Below are positions 28,421 through 37,985 of a stretch of 64,000 bases of DNA, in pieces; position 1 is the first letter of the stretch, and each line of letters opens with the position of its first letter. A program made the position numbers and the translations under genes. The DNA comes from Treponemataceae bacterium (GTDB lineage Bacteria; Spirochaetota; Spirochaetia; Treponematales; Rectinemataceae): NCBI GenBank assembly GCA_963667725.2, contig CAXXHO010000003.1, forward strand, positions 2,240,001-2,304,000, in the 5' to 3' direction. The notes under the pieces are model-generated. The model did not search any database. It was not told where the DNA came from and saw only the letters and a program-made list of their open reading frames with translations.

Positions 28421-29284
28421 ATGGCCGAGATCGATTTGAGATCACTCGCTTCAAACGCAAAGTTGACGCGGAAGGAAATCGTTGTTGTGGACTATCTGCT
28501 CGACAATGGCAATACCGCTTGTTTTATGTCCACGGCCGAACTGGCCCGCAAGCTGGAGACGAGCAGCACCACGATCAATCGCACCGCCAAAGCGCTTGGC
28601 TACGATTCTTTCAACGATCTGCAGAAAGAAATCCAAGACTCGGTGAGTCGACAAGTAATATTCGCCCAAAGCATTCTCGTATCGCCGCTGGAGCGGCTTA
28701 GTCATCATTTGTCGGCGAATCACACGGAGAAATTCATGTCGGATTTCTCCGAACTCATCGCCGACAACATAAAAAGCGCTTTCCAGAAAAACAATCCCGA
28801 GGCGCTTGATTTGGCGATCGACATCCTCATCAAGAGCAAGACTAAGTTCATAAGCGGGCAAAGACCAACCGTCTTCCTGGCCGAACGATTCGCTTATCTC
28901 ATGCGAATCATGCTGCCGGGCGTGATAGCGGTAACGGACAGCAACTACTACGAAAAGATAATCGACATCGGGAAGGATGATTGCTTCTTCATCATCGACT
29001 TTAATCAATACAGTAAAAACGCCCTCCAGCAGCTGGAATACGCCAAAACCACGGGAACTAAGATCATCGTTCTGACGGACAAAAGCACGGCTCCTCTCGC
29101 TCGTTTCGCCGACGTTCTTCTTGTGGTGGACGTCTTCAATTTAAGCTTTTTCAATTGCGGTTTAGCCCCTCTTTTTCTTCTTGAATTTCTCTGCTTGAGG
29201 ATCGCCGCCCGCATGAACGATACGGTCAAGGAGCGGCTTAAGTTGCTTACCCCCTATTTCGAAAGCCACCACCTCGCGCACTGA
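28421..29284 (+). CDS. RpiR/MurR-family regulator (HTH plus SIS)
   Basis: STAELARKLETSSTTINRTAKALGYDSF; IIVLTD...APLARFAD. Confidence 0.92.
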   Translation: MAEIDLRSLASNAKLTRKEIVVVDYLLDNGNTACFMSTAELARKLETSSTTINRTAKALGYDSFNDLQKEIQDSVSRQVIFAQSILVSPLERLSHHLSANHTEKFMSDFSELIADNIKSAFQKNNPEALDLAIDILIKSKTKFISGQRPTVFLAERFAYLMRIMLPGVIAVTDSNYYEKIIDIGKDDCFFIIDFNQYSKNALQQLEYAKTTGTKIIVLTDKSTAPLARFADVLLVVDVFNLSFFNCGLAPLFLLEFLCLRIAARMNDTVKERLKLLTPYFESHHLAH

Positions 29285-29351
29285 TAATTGAAATGTCGAG
29301 TATTTTCGGGAGAGAACTCACCGTAAATATATATTTTTGAAGGAGGAGACT

Positions 29352-30866
29352 ATGAGAAGACGTATAGCAATCGCTCTGGTATGCATGCTCGCGATTATAC
29401 CGACGATGAGCTGGGGACAATCGGCATCAGCCGCGGCTGGAGAGTTGGTGTTCGCCAACACGACCGACATTTCGACCATGGATCCGCGCAACGCCACGGG
29501 TACTCCAACCGCGGGGATACTAGCCCATGTCTACAGCAGCCTGCTCAAGACCGATGAAACAGGGAAAATTTTACCGGACCTGGCTGTATCCTACAAAAAT
29601 ATCAATCCCTTGACCTGGGAATTCACGCTCAACAAGAACATTAAATTCCACGATGGGTCAACCTTGACTTCCGCGGACGTGAAATACACTGTGGACACGA
29701 TTTCCGACCCCAGTAAAAAATTCCGCCTCGCGTCGGATTTTTCGTTCATGAGCGTCGAAATAATCGATGATTTGCATCTCCGTATCACAACCAAGCAGCC
29801 CTTCCTCGAACTTCCATTGCGCCTAAATTACATGAAAATCATCCCGAAAGCTTATGTCGAAAAGGTTGGCGACGATGAATTCGCTAAAAAGCCGGTCGGT
29901 TCAGGACCCTACACCTTCATCGAGCGCTCAAAGGACGAGAAAGTCGTTCTTCAAGCTTTTACTGGTTACTTCGGGAAGAAGCCTGCCATAAAGAAAGTCA
30001 CGTATCGAATCATTCCCGAAGCCGCCTCCCGCATCGCGGCGCTCGAATCGGGCGAAGTACAGATCATCGGCACCGTGGCGACGAGCCAGGTTCCCAGGCT
30101 GAAGGGCATGAAAAACATTGAAGTCGTGGGAAGCCCGACAACTCGCGTCATGTTCATCGGTATGAACCTGAAAAAAGCGAATAGTCCCCTCCAGGATGTC
30201 CGCGTGCGCCAAGCTTTGAACTATGGAGTCGATAAAGACGCCCTCATTAGCGGCATTCTCGACGGATATGGCACCAAGATAGCCTCAGTCTCCACACCTG
30301 AGTACTTTGGTTATGATCCTGCGATCAAGCCCTACGAGTACGATCAGAAAAAGGCGAAAGATCTCCTGAAAGCAGCCGGTTACCAAAAAGGGATTGATCT
30401 CACATTCTCCGTATCTTCAGGAGGGCTGAACGCCTACGATGTGGTTCAGGCCATAAGCGCCCAACTTGGGGAAATCGGGATCAACTGCACGATCGTCGAG
30501 GAGTCGAACACCCAGCAGACAGACAAAATTCGGGCGGGCACCGTCTCCGATCTTTACTTCACGGGCATCGGCGGACCTTACGCGAATATCGATCTCGTGA
30601 CGAAGCTGTCCTTCTGCACCGGCGAGCGATTCTCCTGCTATTCCGATAAAGTCTTCGATGACCTTCGCGTTAAAGCGGCATCCACCGTGGACATTAGCGA
30701 GGCCAAAAAGCTTCTGTCGGAAATACAGCGTTACATGAAAGACAAAGCCCCAGCCATCTTCCTCTATCAGCAGTATGGCTTGTATGCCTATGACAAGAGA
30801 GTGACGAATTGGAAGGCTAGAACGGACGAGATGATTCTGGCGAACGACGCCGAGATTAAGAAATAG
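29352..30866 (+). CDS. peptide/nickel ABC substrate-binding protein (SBP_bac_5)
   Basis: Signal peptide, PDLA, KFHDG, PVGSGPY, VRQALNYGVD. Confidence 0.93.
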   Translation: MRRRIAIALVCMLAIIPTMSWGQSASAAAGELVFANTTDISTMDPRNATGTPTAGILAHVYSSLLKTDETGKILPDLAVSYKNINPLTWEFTLNKNIKFHDGSTLTSADVKYTVDTISDPSKKFRLASDFSFMSVEIIDDLHLRITTKQPFLELPLRLNYMKIIPKAYVEKVGDDEFAKKPVGSGPYTFIERSKDEKVVLQAFTGYFGKKPAIKKVTYRIIPEAASRIAALESGEVQIIGTVATSQVPRLKGMKNIEVVGSPTTRVMFIGMNLKKANSPLQDVRVRQALNYGVDKDALISGILDGYGTKIASVSTPEYFGYDPAIKPYEYDQKKAKDLLKAAGYQKGIDLTFSVSSGGLNAYDVVQAISAQLGEIGINCTIVEESNTQQTDKIRAGTVSDLYFTGIGGPYANIDLVTKLSFCTGERFSCYSDKVFDDLRVKAASTVDISEAKKLLSEIQRYMKDKAPAIFLYQQYGLYAYDKRVTNWKARTDEMILANDAEIKK

Positions 30867-30883
30867 ACGCGTGGGAAACCAAT

Positions 30884-30924
30884 CATGAAAGGAAAGCCGA
30901 CGCAAAGCCGGTTCTCCTTTCATG
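30884..30924 (+). other. intercistronic hairpin after the SBP gene
   Basis: catgaaagga...tcctttcatg 10-bp stem. Confidence 0.6.
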
Positions 30925-30937
30925 CCAAGGATGCGAA

Positions 30938-31855
30938 ATGTTCAGGTATATCGTAAAGCGATTGGCGCAGTCTGTTGTGGCGATTATCGGGATCACATTG
31001 GTGGTGTTCATCGTGCTTCACCTATCCGGCGATCCCGTGGAATTGATGGTGCCTCCGAGCGCCTCGCGCGCTGATATGGACAGATTGCGGGAAGAGATGG
31101 GCTTCAACGACCCTTTGCTTGTTCAATACAGCCGTTTCCTCATGGGTATCGCGAAAGGCGATTTCGGCATGTCCTACAATTATAACGAACCGGCCTTGGA
31201 TGTAGTTATGGAACGAATACCAGCCACAGTGAAATTAACCGCTGTCGCCTTGGTGATCTCGCTCCTTCTGGGGATTCCCGCCGGGATCATATCAGCGATA
31301 AAACGCAACAGCCGGCTTGACGCGGTAATCAGGAGCCTAGCCCTGCTTGGGCAATGTCTGCCAGCCTTCTGGTTGGGGATAATGATGATAATGCTATTCT
31401 CGGTCAAATTAAAATTGCTCCCAACATCGGGCAACGACTCGTGGAAATCCATTATCATGCCCGCCTTCACAATGGGCGTATATACCGCGGCGACCATCAC
31501 TCGCTTGCTTCGCTCAAATATGATCGAGGTGATGAACAAGGAATATATCGATACCGCCAAGGCAAAAGGCCTCGGGAGGGGATCCGTCGTCATGAAACAT
31601 GCGTTCAAGAACGCGTTCAGCTCAATCATGACGGTTCTTGGGCTCCAAGTCGCGTCCCTGCTAGGCGGCTCCGCGATCGTTGAGACGGTGTTCGCGTGGC
31701 CCGGCATCGGGCGATTGGCTATTCAGTCCATCACCAACAGCGATTTCTATGTCGTGGAGACTATCGTTTTCATGATGGCCATCGCGTTCGTTCTCATCAA
31801 TTTTATCGTGGATATTTTATATGGGGTCATCAACCCCCGTATAAAGATCCAATAA
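30938..31855 (+). CDS. peptide ABC permease (DppB-like)
   Basis: GDFGMS, PAFW, TAKAKGL, ETVFAWPGIG. Confidence 0.94.
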   Translation: MFRYIVKRLAQSVVAIIGITLVVFIVLHLSGDPVELMVPPSASRADMDRLREEMGFNDPLLVQYSRFLMGIAKGDFGMSYNYNEPALDVVMERIPATVKLTAVALVISLLLGIPAGIISAIKRNSRLDAVIRSLALLGQCLPAFWLGIMMIMLFSVKLKLLPTSGNDSWKSIIMPAFTMGVYTAATITRLLRSNMIEVMNKEYIDTAKAKGLGRGSVVMKHAFKNAFSSIMTVLGLQVASLLGGSAIVETVFAWPGIGRLAIQSITNSDFYVVETIVFMMAIAFVLINFIVDILYGVINPRIKIQ

Positions 31856-31866
31856 GGAAACCAGTA

Positions 31867-32706
31867 ATGCTGCAAAGCCTATGGGAAAGCAAAACCGGTC
31901 TCATCGGGGCTCTCGTCGTTGTGCTTGTCATCGTCATGGCGATGACGGCAACCCTTATAAGTCCGCAGAATCCATCGAAACAAGATATCCGCAACAAGCT
32001 CCTGCCGCCCGTCTGGAGTTCGGGAGGCCGGCAGCAAAACCTTTTAGGGACCGATCAAATGGGCAGGGATGTACTCTCCCGCATTATTTACGGAAGCCGC
32101 GTTACCATACTCATCGCCTTTTCGGGAACGATCGTCGCGGGTTTGGTTGGTGTCATCCTGGGGTCGATCAGCGGTTATTACGGGGGATGGGTCGACGCGC
32201 TCATTATGCGCATCGTCGATGTCCAACTATCCTTTCCCTTCATCCTGCTCGCGATTTTTATCGCCGCGGTGATCGGGCCAGGCCTTTTCAATATCATTCT
32301 GATAGCGGGTTTGAGTAGTTGGGTACGTTATGCGCGACTGGTTCGGGGCGAAATATTGTCGATCAAGGAGATGGAGTACGTCGAAGCCATACGGGCCGTA
32401 GGCGGTTCCGATCTGCGCATCATATTCAAGCATATTCTGCCCAACATCATAAGCCCGGTCATCGTCATCGCGACGCTGGAGATGGCGAAGATCGTCCTCA
32501 TGGAATCGTCGCTGAGTTTTCTCGGTTTGGGCGTTCCCCTAAACATACCGACCTGGGGAAGAATGCTCGCCGATGCCCGCGTTCATCTGGTGACGAGCCC
32601 CTGGCTCGCGATAATACCAGGGCTTTTCATAACATTGACGGTCCTTGGGGTGAACCTTCTCGGCGATTGGCTGCGCGATTATCTCGACCCGAAATTGGAC
32701 ATCTGA
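31867..32706 (+). CDS. peptide ABC permease (DppC-like)
   Basis: LGTDQMGRDVLSR, EYVEA, ESSLSFLGLG, NLLGDWLRD. Confidence 0.94.
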   Translation: MLQSLWESKTGLIGALVVVLVIVMAMTATLISPQNPSKQDIRNKLLPPVWSSGGRQQNLLGTDQMGRDVLSRIIYGSRVTILIAFSGTIVAGLVGVILGSISGYYGGWVDALIMRIVDVQLSFPFILLAIFIAAVIGPGLFNIILIAGLSSWVRYARLVRGEILSIKEMEYVEAIRAVGGSDLRIIFKHILPNIISPVIVIATLEMAKIVLMESSLSFLGLGVPLNIPTWGRMLADARVHLVTSPWLAIIPGLFITLTVLGVNLLGDWLRDYLDPKLDI

Positions 32707-32710
32707 CGGA

Positions 32711-33712
32711 GTGAGCATGAGCGTATCATTACTATCAGTACACGACCTCGTGGTCAGCTTCTCGACCAAACGAGGGATAGCCCGAGCGGTCAACGGCATC
32801 GATTTCACCCTGGGGAAAGGGGAGAAACTTGGCTTGGTCGGAGAATCGGGATCGGGGAAAAGCGTCACCGCCAAGAGTATTATGAGGCTTTTGCAGAGCC
32901 CTCCCGCGACGATCGGCGGAAAGATCGAGCTGAACGGAGAGAATCTCCTTTCGAAAACTGAAAACGAAATGTGCAAATACCGAGGAAACAAGATCTCCAT
33001 GATCTTCCAAGAACCCATGGTTAGCCTCAATCCCCTGTTCTCCATCGGGAATCAGCTTACCGAAGCCCTTCGCCAGCATACGGAGCTAGACAAGAAAAGC
33101 ATCGAGGAAAGAGTTTTAAAGATGCTCCACGTAGTGGGCATTCCGTCCCCGGAAACCAGGCTGCGCCAATATCCTTTCGAGATGTCGGGAGGCATGCGAC
33201 AGCGGATCATGATCGCGATGGCCTTGCTCTGCCGGCCTCAGATAATCATAGCCGACGAGCCTACTACAGCCCTGGACGTTACCATTCAAGCGCAGATCAT
33301 GGAACTGCTCAACGATGTCAATCGCGAGTTTGGTACCGCCATCATTCTCATCACCCACGATCTGGGCGTCATCGCCGAGATGGTGGACAACGTCGCCGTG
33401 ATGTACGCCGGGTCGATCGTTGAAAAAGCGAAGGTAGGGGATGTTTTCGAAAGTCCGTTGCACCCCTATACGGAAGGACTTCTGCGCTCCGTCCCGACAA
33501 TGGAGGATAAAGGGGAAGTATTGGAAACCATCGAAGGCCAAGTTCCCAGTCTCTATGATATGCCCGAAGGCTGCGCGTTTTACAATCGCTGCCACAGATC
33601 GAAAAAAATATGCCGGGCGCAAATCCCACCAGTATTCGATTGTGACGGGCGACAGGTTAAGTGCTGGATATACTCCCCTAATTGGGACAAAGAGGCCGCG
33701 GATGTCGAATAA
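32711..33712 (+). CDS. peptide ABC ATPase (DppD-like)
   Basis: [27 protein letters not shown], Cys-rich tail. Alternative start at 32717. Confidence 0.94.
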   Translation: MSMSVSLLSVHDLVVSFSTKRGIARAVNGIDFTLGKGEKLGLVGESGSGKSVTAKSIMRLLQSPPATIGGKIELNGENLLSKTENEMCKYRGNKISMIFQEPMVSLNPLFSIGNQLTEALRQHTELDKKSIEERVLKMLHVVGIPSPETRLRQYPFEMSGGMRQRIMIAMALLCRPQIIIADEPTTALDVTIQAQIMELLNDVNREFGTAIILITHDLGVIAEMVDNVAVMYAGSIVEKAKVGDVFESPLHPYTEGLLRSVPTMEDKGEVLETIEGQVPSLYDMPEGCAFYNRCHRSKKICRAQIPPVFDCDGRQVKCWIYSPNWDKEAADVE

Positions 33713-34697
33713 CCTTTCCTCCGAGTATCTTTTGGATGTACGCGGTCTGAAAAAATGGTTCCCCGTCGCCGGATCGCATGGGCGAAAGCATGTAAAAGCG
33801 GTAGAAGATGTCAGCTTGAATATCAGACCGGGCGAAACCCTCAGTGTCGTCGGGGAGTCGGGCTGCGGAAAATCGACGCTCGCGCGGCTTATCATGCGAC
33901 TGATTGAACCTTCAGAAGGCAGCATCCTTTTTAACGGCGACGACATCACGAAGCTTTCACGCGAAAGAATGCGAAAACAGCGACGAAACATCCAGATCGT
34001 TTTCCAGGACCCCTATGCCTCGCTGAATCCCCGCCAACGAGTCCATGACATGCTCGGTGAGCCTCTCCTGATCCATCATTTAGCCGATCGGCGACAAGCC
34101 CGCGAACGAGCGGTCGAGCTTCTCGGCATGGTCGGGCTCGGCATCGACAGCATGAATAAGTTCCCACATGAATTCTCCGGCGGCCAGCGCCAGCGGCTCT
34201 GCATAGCGCGCGCCCTTGCCGTTGAGCCCAAACTTATCATCTGCGATGAGTGCGTCTCCGCCCTGGACGTATCCATCCAGGCGCAGATCATCAATCTTCT
34301 GATGCGTCTGCAAAAGCAGCTGAATCTCACGCTACTATTCATCTCACACGATTTACGCGTTGTTCGGCACATCTCCGACAGAGTCATCGTGATGTATCTC
34401 GGCAGGGTACTGGAACAAGCGCCCAAAGATGTCATGTTCAGGTCGCCGGCGCATCCGTATACAAAGGCGCTCCTTTCAGCCGTGCCAATTCCCGACCCAA
34501 AATTCGAAAAAAAGAGAATCATCTTGATGGGAGACATACCGAGCCCGATAAACAGCCCCTCAGGATGCAAGTTCCGCACGAGATGCTATCAAGCCAAGGA
34601 GACCTGTGCCGCGTCGGAGCCGGAACTCCTCCCGATCGCTCCCGAGCACTATTGTCGTTGTCCCTATTGGGACTTAGCCAAAGAGGAGTCGAAATGA
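33702..34697 (+). CDS. peptide ABC ATPase (DppF-like)
   Basis: GESGCGKS, FSGGQRQR, SALDVSIQ, HPYT. Confidence 0.94.
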   Translation: MSNNLSSEYLLDVRGLKKWFPVAGSHGRKHVKAVEDVSLNIRPGETLSVVGESGCGKSTLARLIMRLIEPSEGSILFNGDDITKLSRERMRKQRRNIQIVFQDPYASLNPRQRVHDMLGEPLLIHHLADRRQARERAVELLGMVGLGIDSMNKFPHEFSGGQRQRLCIARALAVEPKLIICDECVSALDVSIQAQIINLLMRLQKQLNLTLLFISHDLRVVRHISDRVIVMYLGRVLEQAPKDVMFRSPAHPYTKALLSAVPIPDPKFEKKRIILMGDIPSPINSPSGCKFRTRCYQAKETCAASEPELLPIAPEHYCRCPYWDLAKEESK

Positions 34698-35701
34698 CGA
34701 AGCTAGAACGTATACGGGCGGCGATCGCCGGCGAACAGACGGATCGGATCCCCTATGCCATATGGTCCCATATTCCCGGCATAGATTTGATACCGGAGAG
34801 AATCGCCGAGGAAACCTACCTCTTTTACAAACAATACGACGTCGATTTCATAAAAACGTTGAACAACGGAATGTACAGCATCGAAGATTTCGGGGGGCAG
34901 GTGGATTATTCAGGAATCGAAAAGGGAGGAGTCGCCGCCCTTACCCATAGCCCGGTCTCCTCAGCCGAGGACTGGGATACGATTCGTCCGGCGGACACAG
35001 GCAAAGGCGCGCTGGCGCGCGAACTGCGCTATCTCGATCTTCTCATGAAAAGACTGGATGGGGAACCGGTACCCGTCGTCTTTACGATATTCAGCCCTCT
35101 GACGACCGCCTCAAAACTTTCAGAGAACCGGATCATGGAACACATTGAGCGAGGGCAGGGCATTCGTATTCACCGTGCTTTAGAGATAATCACGGAGACT
35201 ACCTGCAGACTTGTGGAGCGGGCGATCGAGAAAGGAGCCTCCGGTATCTTCTTTGCTACCCAGCTCAGCAATTACGGCATCATGCCCGAAGCGTGGTACG
35301 AGGAATTCGGTAAGCCATACGACATTCGCGTGCTCAAAGCATCCAAAGGCTGGTGCAATATGCTGCACGCGCATGGCGACAATATAATGTTCTCGCTGCT
35401 CCGCGATTATCCTGCGCAGATTATCAACTGGCATGTCGGTGAATCATTGCCCGATATGGACGAAGCGCTTCTCATGACGAAAAAGTGCGTGATGGGCGGC
35501 CTGAAACGGGCCGATATCACCCAAGATCGCCGCAACGCTCTCGCGAACCAGATTTATAGGGCAATACGAGCGACCGGAGGCCGACGGCTGATTCTCACTC
35601 CCGGCTGCGTCATCCGTTACCCCCTGAACGAAAATACCATGCATTACGTAAAGCAGGCCAAAGAAGCGATAGAACAAGAATTTTGGAAGGAGGTAATTTA
35701 A
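34694..35701 (+). CDS. uroporphyrinogen decarboxylase-like (UroD/MetE-fold) protein, not canonical HemE
   Basis: ERIRAAIAGEQTDRIP, TIFSPLT, GASGIFFA, ILTPGC; lacks RQAGR. Confidence 0.8.
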   Translation: MTKLERIRAAIAGEQTDRIPYAIWSHIPGIDLIPERIAEETYLFYKQYDVDFIKTLNNGMYSIEDFGGQVDYSGIEKGGVAALTHSPVSSAEDWDTIRPADTGKGALARELRYLDLLMKRLDGEPVPVVFTIFSPLTTASKLSENRIMEHIERGQGIRIHRALEIITETTCRLVERAIEKGASGIFFATQLSNYGIMPEAWYEEFGKPYDIRVLKASKGWCNMLHAHGDNIMFSLLRDYPAQIINWHVGESLPDMDEALLMTKKCVMGGLKRADITQDRRNALANQIYRAIRATGGRRLILTPGCVIRYPLNENTMHYVKQAKEAIEQEFWKEVI

Positions 35702-35702
35702 G

Positions 35703-36761
35703 ATGGAACAAGCGATCATCGTCGTGAAGGGAAGCCCCTATGAGCAAGGTGTCGAGCAAGGGACGCAACTCGTCGATCTTATTCATCATAATACGGAAGT
35801 CATTCGGACAAAACTGAGAGATGCTAAATGCGATAATCAAAGGTACTGGGATTTCGTCGAGCGCAATGTCCTCTTCATGAAGGAAAGGCATCAGGAGCTG
35901 TACGACGAGATGCGCGGGATCGCGGATGGATCGGGGATATCGTTCAAGGACATTCTCATGATCAATATCCCGGCGTACTTCCTGACAGAACAGTTGAGGC
36001 AGGAATGCACCATGCTCTTGGCCCGAAGGAAAGCGACCCTAGACGGCAAGACCTATGTCATCAAGAACCGCGACATGGGCATGGACGTGCGGCAAGTGGT
36101 CATCCACCACATTTATGATGACGGCACTTCCATCGTCGAAGTGAATGGCGCCGGCATCGTGACGTATCCCGCGAGCGGAATGAGCAGCCATGGTCTGGGA
36201 GTAACCACGACAGGATTCTGGTCGGCTAAGGCCCCCACGGCCATGGACCGGGTCGACGCGGCCCAGATATTCATGAACGTCCATCTGATCCTGGCCAATT
36301 GCAAAACCGCTAGGGAAGCGCTGGAATATATCAAGACGACTCCCTGCATGAACGGATTGAGTATCATCGTTGTGGATGAACATGACGCATATGTTCTGGA
36401 AATGACGAATGATGGGTATGTCCTCCAGGAGGACGACGGTTCGGGAATCCTTTTCCGCTCCAACCATTATATGACCGATGAACTGAAGCACCTCAATCCC
36501 GATCCGGTAAAATTTACTTCGACCTATTTCCGGGCAAAACGTGTCGATGAGCTATTGAAGGAAAGCTATGGGAAATTGAGGTTCCAGGATTTTTTCCGAA
36601 TCCTCTCGGATCACAAAGACGGAATAAATTGCCTGTGCAGACACCCTCAAGGCGAGGTTTTTGGCAGGACCGTTTCGACGAGCATGTTCGTATTGGAAGA
36701 CAGGGAAGCATGGACATCCCTAGGCAACCCTTGCATGAATCTGCGATTCGCGAAGCTATGA
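35703..36761 (+). CDS. C45-family Ntn-hydrolase/acyltransferase
   Basis: GSPYEQG, EMRGIADG, autoprocessing site E|CT, KNRD, SNH. Confidence 0.85.
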   Translation: MEQAIIVVKGSPYEQGVEQGTQLVDLIHHNTEVIRTKLRDAKCDNQRYWDFVERNVLFMKERHQELYDEMRGIADGSGISFKDILMINIPAYFLTEQLRQECTMLLARRKATLDGKTYVIKNRDMGMDVRQVVIHHIYDDGTSIVEVNGAGIVTYPASGMSSHGLGVTTTGFWSAKAPTAMDRVDAAQIFMNVHLILANCKTAREALEYIKTTPCMNGLSIIVVDEHDAYVLEMTNDGYVLQEDDGSGILFRSNHYMTDELKHLNPDPVKFTSTYFRAKRVDELLKESYGKLRFQDFFRILSDHKDGINCLCRHPQGEVFGRTVSTSMFVLEDREAWTSLGNPCMNLRFAKL

Positions 36762-37978
36762 GCAGAGGCGGCCACGTGGAAATCAACGATCGAGTCAAGG
36801 AGCGGATACGACGGCTTCAGGACCTGATGGAAGAACGGTCGATCGACGCCGCCATCATCCTCAAGCCGGAGAACGTGTTCTATTTCAGCAATTTCAATCC
36901 GATACTGAATAGTCATCCTGTTTTTTTGGTCGTTCCAAAAAAAGGTGAAGCCAGCCTTTTGGTCCACGCGTTACGCGACACTCATGCTAGGAATGACGCG
37001 GCGATGGACAAAATCCTGCTGTATGGGAAATGGGGCGGCAAAAAGACGTTGGCCGATACACCTGAAGAGGCGATCGCCACTTTGCTCGAAAAGAAGATCG
37101 AGAGTTTAGGCTTTGAAAGAGATACTCTCAGCATGGCGATGTTCGGCAAGCTAAAATCGAAGGTGGAGTTTCGCGAAGACGTCGACATCGGAGAGATGAT
37201 CCAGCGGATGAAAATAACAAAGGACGCGTATGAGATAGAATGTATACGCGCCGCTTCGCGCCTCGTGGACACGGGGGTTGGGACGACACTGGAATGGCTG
37301 GCCTCCGGGGTCACCGAAGCCGAGGCTTGTACCGAAGGCCAGTACGCCATGCGCAAAACCTGGCAGAAAGAGTTCCCTGACTATGAAGTCTCGGGATTTG
37401 GAACTTCCGAAGGCGGCATGATAGACAGCCTTCACTGCTGGTGTCTCAGCAACGAAAGAATCGCCTATGGCTGCGATTGCCCTAAACCCTATCGGCCGAA
37501 AAAAGGAGACATGGTACTCCCGATGGCCTGGGCGAAGATAAACGGCTATCACGCGGAGAACGAGCGTTCGATCGTCATGGGGGAACTTTCCGCCGATAGG
37601 CAAAAAGCCTATGACGCGATGCTTGAAGCACGGCAGAATATTTTTGATATTCTCAGGCCCGGCGCCTTATTTGAGGAACTCTATGAGGCGGCATGTGGCG
37701 CGTTCCGGCGCCATGGCTTCGGAGGCATTCTGCCTGGACGGGTTGGTCACGGGATCGGCAACTCGGCGCATGAATTCGTTTCATTGACCAAGGGCAATAA
37801 GATGCCGCTCGCCGAGGGTATGGCTATAACCGTAGAGCCCGGCTTGATGGACGCCTGGGGAGGGGCCCGTCATTCCGATACGGTCATCATCACGGAGAAG
37901 GGTTACGAACGTTTGACGGTTTCACCGAACCGGCGTATTCGCATTGAGAATGGCAAGGTTCTTTACGAATCCGATTAG
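36758..37978 (+). CDS. M24-family (creatinase/Xaa-Pro peptidase fold) hydrolase
   Basis: ENVFYFSNF, KDAYEIE, GHGIG, VEPG, RHSDT. Alternative GTG start at 36776. Confidence 0.88.
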   Translation: MSRGGHVEINDRVKERIRRLQDLMEERSIDAAIILKPENVFYFSNFNPILNSHPVFLVVPKKGEASLLVHALRDTHARNDAAMDKILLYGKWGGKKTLADTPEEAIATLLEKKIESLGFERDTLSMAMFGKLKSKVEFREDVDIGEMIQRMKITKDAYEIECIRAASRLVDTGVGTTLEWLASGVTEAEACTEGQYAMRKTWQKEFPDYEVSGFGTSEGGMIDSLHCWCLSNERIAYGCDCPKPYRPKKGDMVLPMAWAKINGYHAENERSIVMGELSADRQKAYDAMLEARQNIFDILRPGALFEELYEAACGAFRRHGFGGILPGRVGHGIGNSAHEFVSLTKGNKMPLAEGMAITVEPGLMDAWGGARHSDTVIITEKGYERLTVSPNRRIRIENGKVLYESD

Positions 37979-37985
37979 GATAGAG

